Program-made: the position numbers and the translations under genes
Notes under the pieces: model-generated
The model's database searches: none
Seen by the model: only the letters and a program-made list of their open reading frames with translations
What the model was told of the DNA's origin: nothing
Assembly: GCA_963674825.1 (NCBI GenBank)
Contig: OY771587.1
Coordinates: forward strand, 3,520,001 to 3,584,000
Length of the DNA stretch: 64,000 nt
Direction of reading: 5' to 3'
DNA from: Candidatus Cloacimonadales bacterium
GTDB taxonomy: Bacteria; Cloacimonadota; Cloacimonadia; Cloacimonadales; JAIOQZ01
Shown here: in pieces, positions 60,895 to 64,000 of the stretch
How the letters are laid out: the number at the start of each line of letters is the position of its first letter
How positions within the stretch are numbered: the stretch's first letter is position 1

Positions 60895-61860
60895 ATGAAA
60901 AAAATAGGATTTACCTCGTCATTCCCGGTTGAAACCGTCTTTGCGGCCGGTATGAAGCCGGTTGATCTGAACAATATCTTCATCACCGGCAAGGCGGCCG
61001 GATTCGTAGAATCGGCAGAGTTCGACGGCTTTCCAAGAAACGTCTGCGCCTGGATCAAGGGACTCTATTCTGTGGGTAGAAGTGAGTTCGATACCATCGT
61101 GGGAATCACCGGTGGCGACTGCTCCAACACCCATTCACTCATGAGTCTGTACCAGGAGCACGGCGTCGAAGTCATCCCATTCTCTTTTCCTTACGAGAAG
61201 AACCGAGAAGAATTGGATCGTGAAATCAGCCGTCTGGAAGCCAGATTCGGAATCGATAGAATGCAGACCGAGTTTGCCAAACAAAGGCTCGACAAGATTC
61301 GCAAACGGCTCATCGAACTTGATCGCATGACCTGGCAGGATGGCGTGGTTACCGGCTGTGAAAACCACTTCTGGCTGGTCAATTCCTCTGATTTCGAAGG
61401 TGATCCAGACGATTTCGAGACTCGCCTGAACGAATTCATCGTGCTGGCCGCGCGACGCAAACCGGAAAAGGATCGCGTTCGTCTCGGATTCATCGGCGTC
61501 CCCCCTATTATCGACGATCTGTACGACTTCCTGGAAAAAAACGGTGCTCGTATCGTTTTCAACGAGGTGCAACGGCAATTTGCAATGCCATATCTGGAAG
61601 AGGATATCCTCGATCAATACCTACACTACACCTATCCGTACACGGTTTTCGACAGGCTTCAGGACATTACTCAGGAGATTGAGCGCCGTAAACTTGACGG
61701 CATCATAAGCTACACGCAGGCATTCTGTCACAGACAGATCGACAACATCGTCCTCAAACGCCACATCGATATCCCGACGCTGACCCTGGAAGCTGACCGC
61801 CCCGGTAGCCTGGATTCGCAGGCACGTCTCCGCATCGAAAGCTTTCTGGAGATGCTCTGA
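60895..61860 (+). CDS. 2-hydroxyacyl-CoA dehydratase family (HGD-D) protein
   Basis: 'GFPRNVCAWIKG', 'GGDCSNT', 'YTQAFCHR', 'LRIESFLEML'. Confidence 0.82.
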   Translation: MKKIGFTSSFPVETVFAAGMKPVDLNNIFITGKAAGFVESAEFDGFPRNVCAWIKGLYSVGRSEFDTIVGITGGDCSNTHSLMSLYQEHGVEVIPFSFPYEKNREELDREISRLEARFGIDRMQTEFAKQRLDKIRKRLIELDRMTWQDGVVTGCENHFWLVNSSDFEGDPDDFETRLNEFIVLAARRKPEKDRVRLGFIGVPPIIDDLYDFLEKNGARIVFNEVQRQFAMPYLEEDILDQYLHYTYPYTVFDRLQDITQEIERRKLDGIISYTQAFCHRQIDNIVLKRHIDIPTLTLEADRPGSLDSQARLRIESFLEML

Positions 61861-61872
61861 TTCCATATTGAT

Positions 61873-61923
61873 CGGTCATTTTGAATGATTCACTCATTTT
61901 GAACGAATCACTCATTTTGACCG
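61873..61923. repeat. Three TCATTTTGA units at an 18-bp period, bounded by an inverted repeat
   Basis: Units at 61876, 61894 and 61912; outer CGGTCA...TGACCG. Confidence 0.75.
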
Positions 61924-62083
61924 CTCGCCCCTGAAACACTCCTATATTACTGCACAATAGCGTCTTACAACTATATCCAGGTAATCGTCTGTTTTGGCAT
62001 CACTAATGCGATATACTGATTCTGTATTCATAATGAGGTGTAACGTGAAAAAACACAGAAACAGTATTGAACGAGGTGGTTAC

Positions 62084-62266
62084 ATGCAAATTGATAACAC
62101 AACATACGCTTGCGATGTTTCAATCGACGCGGAAGAATTCTACAATGTCCGCCTGATTCCGGATGTGCAACAGGCTGAAACCAGGCTTTTTGAAATTAAT
62201 TATCCGGATACTGCTCAGTCTATGAATCTGCGCGGAACAGGATTACCGCGCGTGAATCGTATATAA
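62084..62266 (+). CDS. Possible 60-aa hypothetical protein
   Basis: GAGGTG RBS before ATG 62084; no recognisable motif. Confidence 0.3.
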   Translation: MQIDNTTYACDVSIDAEEFYNVRLIPDVQQAETRLFEINYPDTAQSMNLRGTGLPRVNRI

Positions 62267-62510
62267 AGATATTTATCCCGGAATCTCCGACATATTTTAT
62301 CCATCCTCCTTATCAACTATTCATTAAATTACTTATAAACTGCATTGATTCAATAAGATAAAAAACGCGCCCTACATTACAGATTATTTCATGCATAAAA
62401 TGAGACTCACTCACTATTAATATATACACGACCTACTCGGTGGATTATTCTTGACAGACGCTTCACGAATTTCATATTTATTATATTTCGTTGATGAACA
62501 GGAGGCTCCT

Positions 62511-64000
62511 ATGAGTACGCAATCATCATCTCGGAAGTTCGCAATGCACGCCACCCTCACGCTCTTGTATTTCACTATCCCAGGGATTGTCGCTCTGCTT
62601 GCGATCTCCAGCATAAATGACCATTCAAATGAATCTGCAAACACATGGCTCGTTTCCTATCTCATTGTTTTCATTACTTGTTTGAGTTTTCTTACCTGGA
62701 AACTCGTCTCCCGGCATCGTAAGCAGAATCGTGCTCTCCAGCAATTACTGGACGAAACCGGAAGCATGGCTCGAGCAATCAAGGCAGGTAATCTCTCGTA
62801 TCGTGCTAATCCAACAAATGTCGAAAATCAATACTCGCAAATCATTAATGACTTCAATCGCATGATATCCACCTGTCACGGACCGATGAAAATCATGCAG
62901 GATCACATCGAGCAGATTGCCACGGGACAGATACCGCCCAAAATCGAAGAGGAATATAGCGGTGAACTGGATCAAATCAGACGTAGCATCAATAAGGCGG
63001 TCAGCGTAACGGAGAACCTACTTGGTGAAGCAAGACTCTTGATCATCGCAATCAAAGCCGGAAAACTCGATGTTCGTGGCGATTGGTCAAAGTTCGAGAA
63101 TCGTTGGGCAAAGCTGATCTATGGTATCAACGAAGTCGTAGAAAACTTTGTCGAGCCCATCCAGATCACATCCGAAAAAATCCTTGCGATCAGTCAGGGT
63201 GTTATCCCAAAGAAGGTCGAGCAGAAGTTCGAGGGTGATTTCAACATTCTGATATCCAGCATCAACACTGCCATTGACGGGCTGCAAGCACTTGAAAACG
63301 CAAACCGCATCTTGCAGAAAGTGGCGGTGAACGATCTGACCGAAAGGGCATCCGAAAACTACCACGGTATCTTCAACAACATTTCGGGAGCGGTAAACGC
63401 TGTGATCGAGAACCTGCATAAAATCGAAGATGCTTCCGAGAAGTTGTCACGTGGTGATATGAGAGCCCTCACCGACTTCCAGAAGATGGAACGGCTCTCG
63501 AAAAACGATATCCTAACGCCATCGCTGCAATCTATGATCGCGGCGATCAATTCCATGGTGGAAGAGGCACGCAGCCTGATGCGCGCCGTACTGATGGGCG
63601 ACCTTAAAAATCGTGCGGATCTCGAACAGTTTGATGGCGAGTTCAGGACTGTCATCAGTGGGATCAACCAGATCATGAACGTCATCATGAAACCGATCGA
63701 AGAAGTAATGTGCGTGATGGAGCGAATCGCCGAGAAGGACCTTACGCCTTGCGTTAAGGGCAACTACAAGGGTCAACTGGCTGAGTTCCAGGAGAACGTG
63801 AACAATGCCGCATCCAATCTACGCAACGCGTTACAGCAGGTCGAATCATCCGTGTCGCAGATCGATTCGGCGTCGATACAGATTTCCGACGGTGCTCAAA
63901 ATCTGGCGCAGGGAGCATCTCAACAGGCGGAATCGCTTCATGGGGTGAATGACAACGTGAAGGAGATGGAACGTCTCACGCAGCTCAATGCGGAAAATGC
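62511..64000 (+). CDS. Methyl-accepting chemotaxis protein with a poly-HAMP region (3' end outside the window)
   Basis: AGGAGG RBS and ATG 62511; 2 TM; repeated 'AIKAG.L..R', 'G.IP.K.E....G..', ending in 'QISDGAQNLAQGASQQAESL'; absent from the ORF track because no stop codon falls in the window. Confidence 0.88.
   Translation, partial: MSTQSSSRKFAMHATLTLLYFTIPGIVALLAISSINDHSNESANTWLVSYLIVFITCLSFLTWKLVSRHRKQNRALQQLLDETGSMARAIKAGNLSYRANPTNVENQYSQIINDFNRMISTCHGPMKIMQDHIEQIATGQIPPKIEEEYSGELDQIRRSINKAVSVTENLLGEARLLIIAIKAGKLDVRGDWSKFENRWAKLIYGINEVVENFVEPIQITSEKILAISQGVIPKKVEQKFEGDFNILISSINTAIDGLQALENANRILQKVAVNDLTERASENYHGIFNNISGAVNAVIENLHKIEDASEKLSRGDMRALTDFQKMERLSKNDILTPSLQSMIAAINSMVEEARSLMRAVLMGDLKNRADLEQFDGEFRTVISGINQIMNVIMKPIEEVMCVMERIAEKDLTPCVKGNYKGQLAEFQENVNNAASNLRNALQQVESSVSQIDSASIQISDGAQNLAQGASQQAESLHGVNDNVKEMERLTQLNAEN

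Noticed and set aside
59217..61058. 613-aa minus-strand ORF, and similar long ORFs such as 3705-5258, 9940-11151, 26343-27482 and 29922-30902
   Set aside because: They lie antisense to well-supported genes and have no recognisable motifs; codon bias on the coding strand explains them.
61925..62510. c-di-GMP riboswitch or other ncRNA upstream of the chemoreceptor
   Set aside because: No GEMM-type conserved motifs or strong paired structure were recognised.

Overview
A 64-kb stretch of ordinary chromosome from an anaerobic diderm bacterium, probably Cloacimonadota or another FCB-group lineage. This is inferred from the LpxC-FabZ fusion, a secreted protein with a 'NYPNPFNPETTI...KMLLLK' FlgD-Ig/CTD-like tail, a DUF2723 protein and a group A3 [FeFe]-hydrogenase. 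I found no rRNA, tRNA, CRISPR array, prophage or intact transposase. Contents: a 7-gene multimeric [FeFe]-hydrogenase operon, crcB, a lipid A cluster (skp-lpxD-lpxC/fabZ-lpxA), a hybrid-kinase phosphorelay, ribBA, rluD, ktrAB, adk, a serpin, ligA, a DAHP synthase, argF, an ABC-F ATPase and a poly-HAMP chemoreceptor cut off by the window end. Most notable observations: (1) the hydrogenase operon has one catalytic subunit but two flavin modules, one with electron-bifurcating and one with non-bifurcating sequence signatures; (2) an intact receiver domain is fused to an apparently full-length but catalytically dead McrB-like GTPase, with no McrC nearby; (3) a putative operon pairs a glycosyltransferase-Ppx/GppA fusion with an MBL-fold, 2x cNMP-binding hydrolase; (4) an unannotated minus-strand ORF has an in-frame UGA in a U-x-x-C context; (5) a tandem (receiver + Cys-module)x2 regulator; (6) dispersed degenerate GTAG-type REP-like palindromes. 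All family assignments come from motif recognition by eye; no database searches were run.
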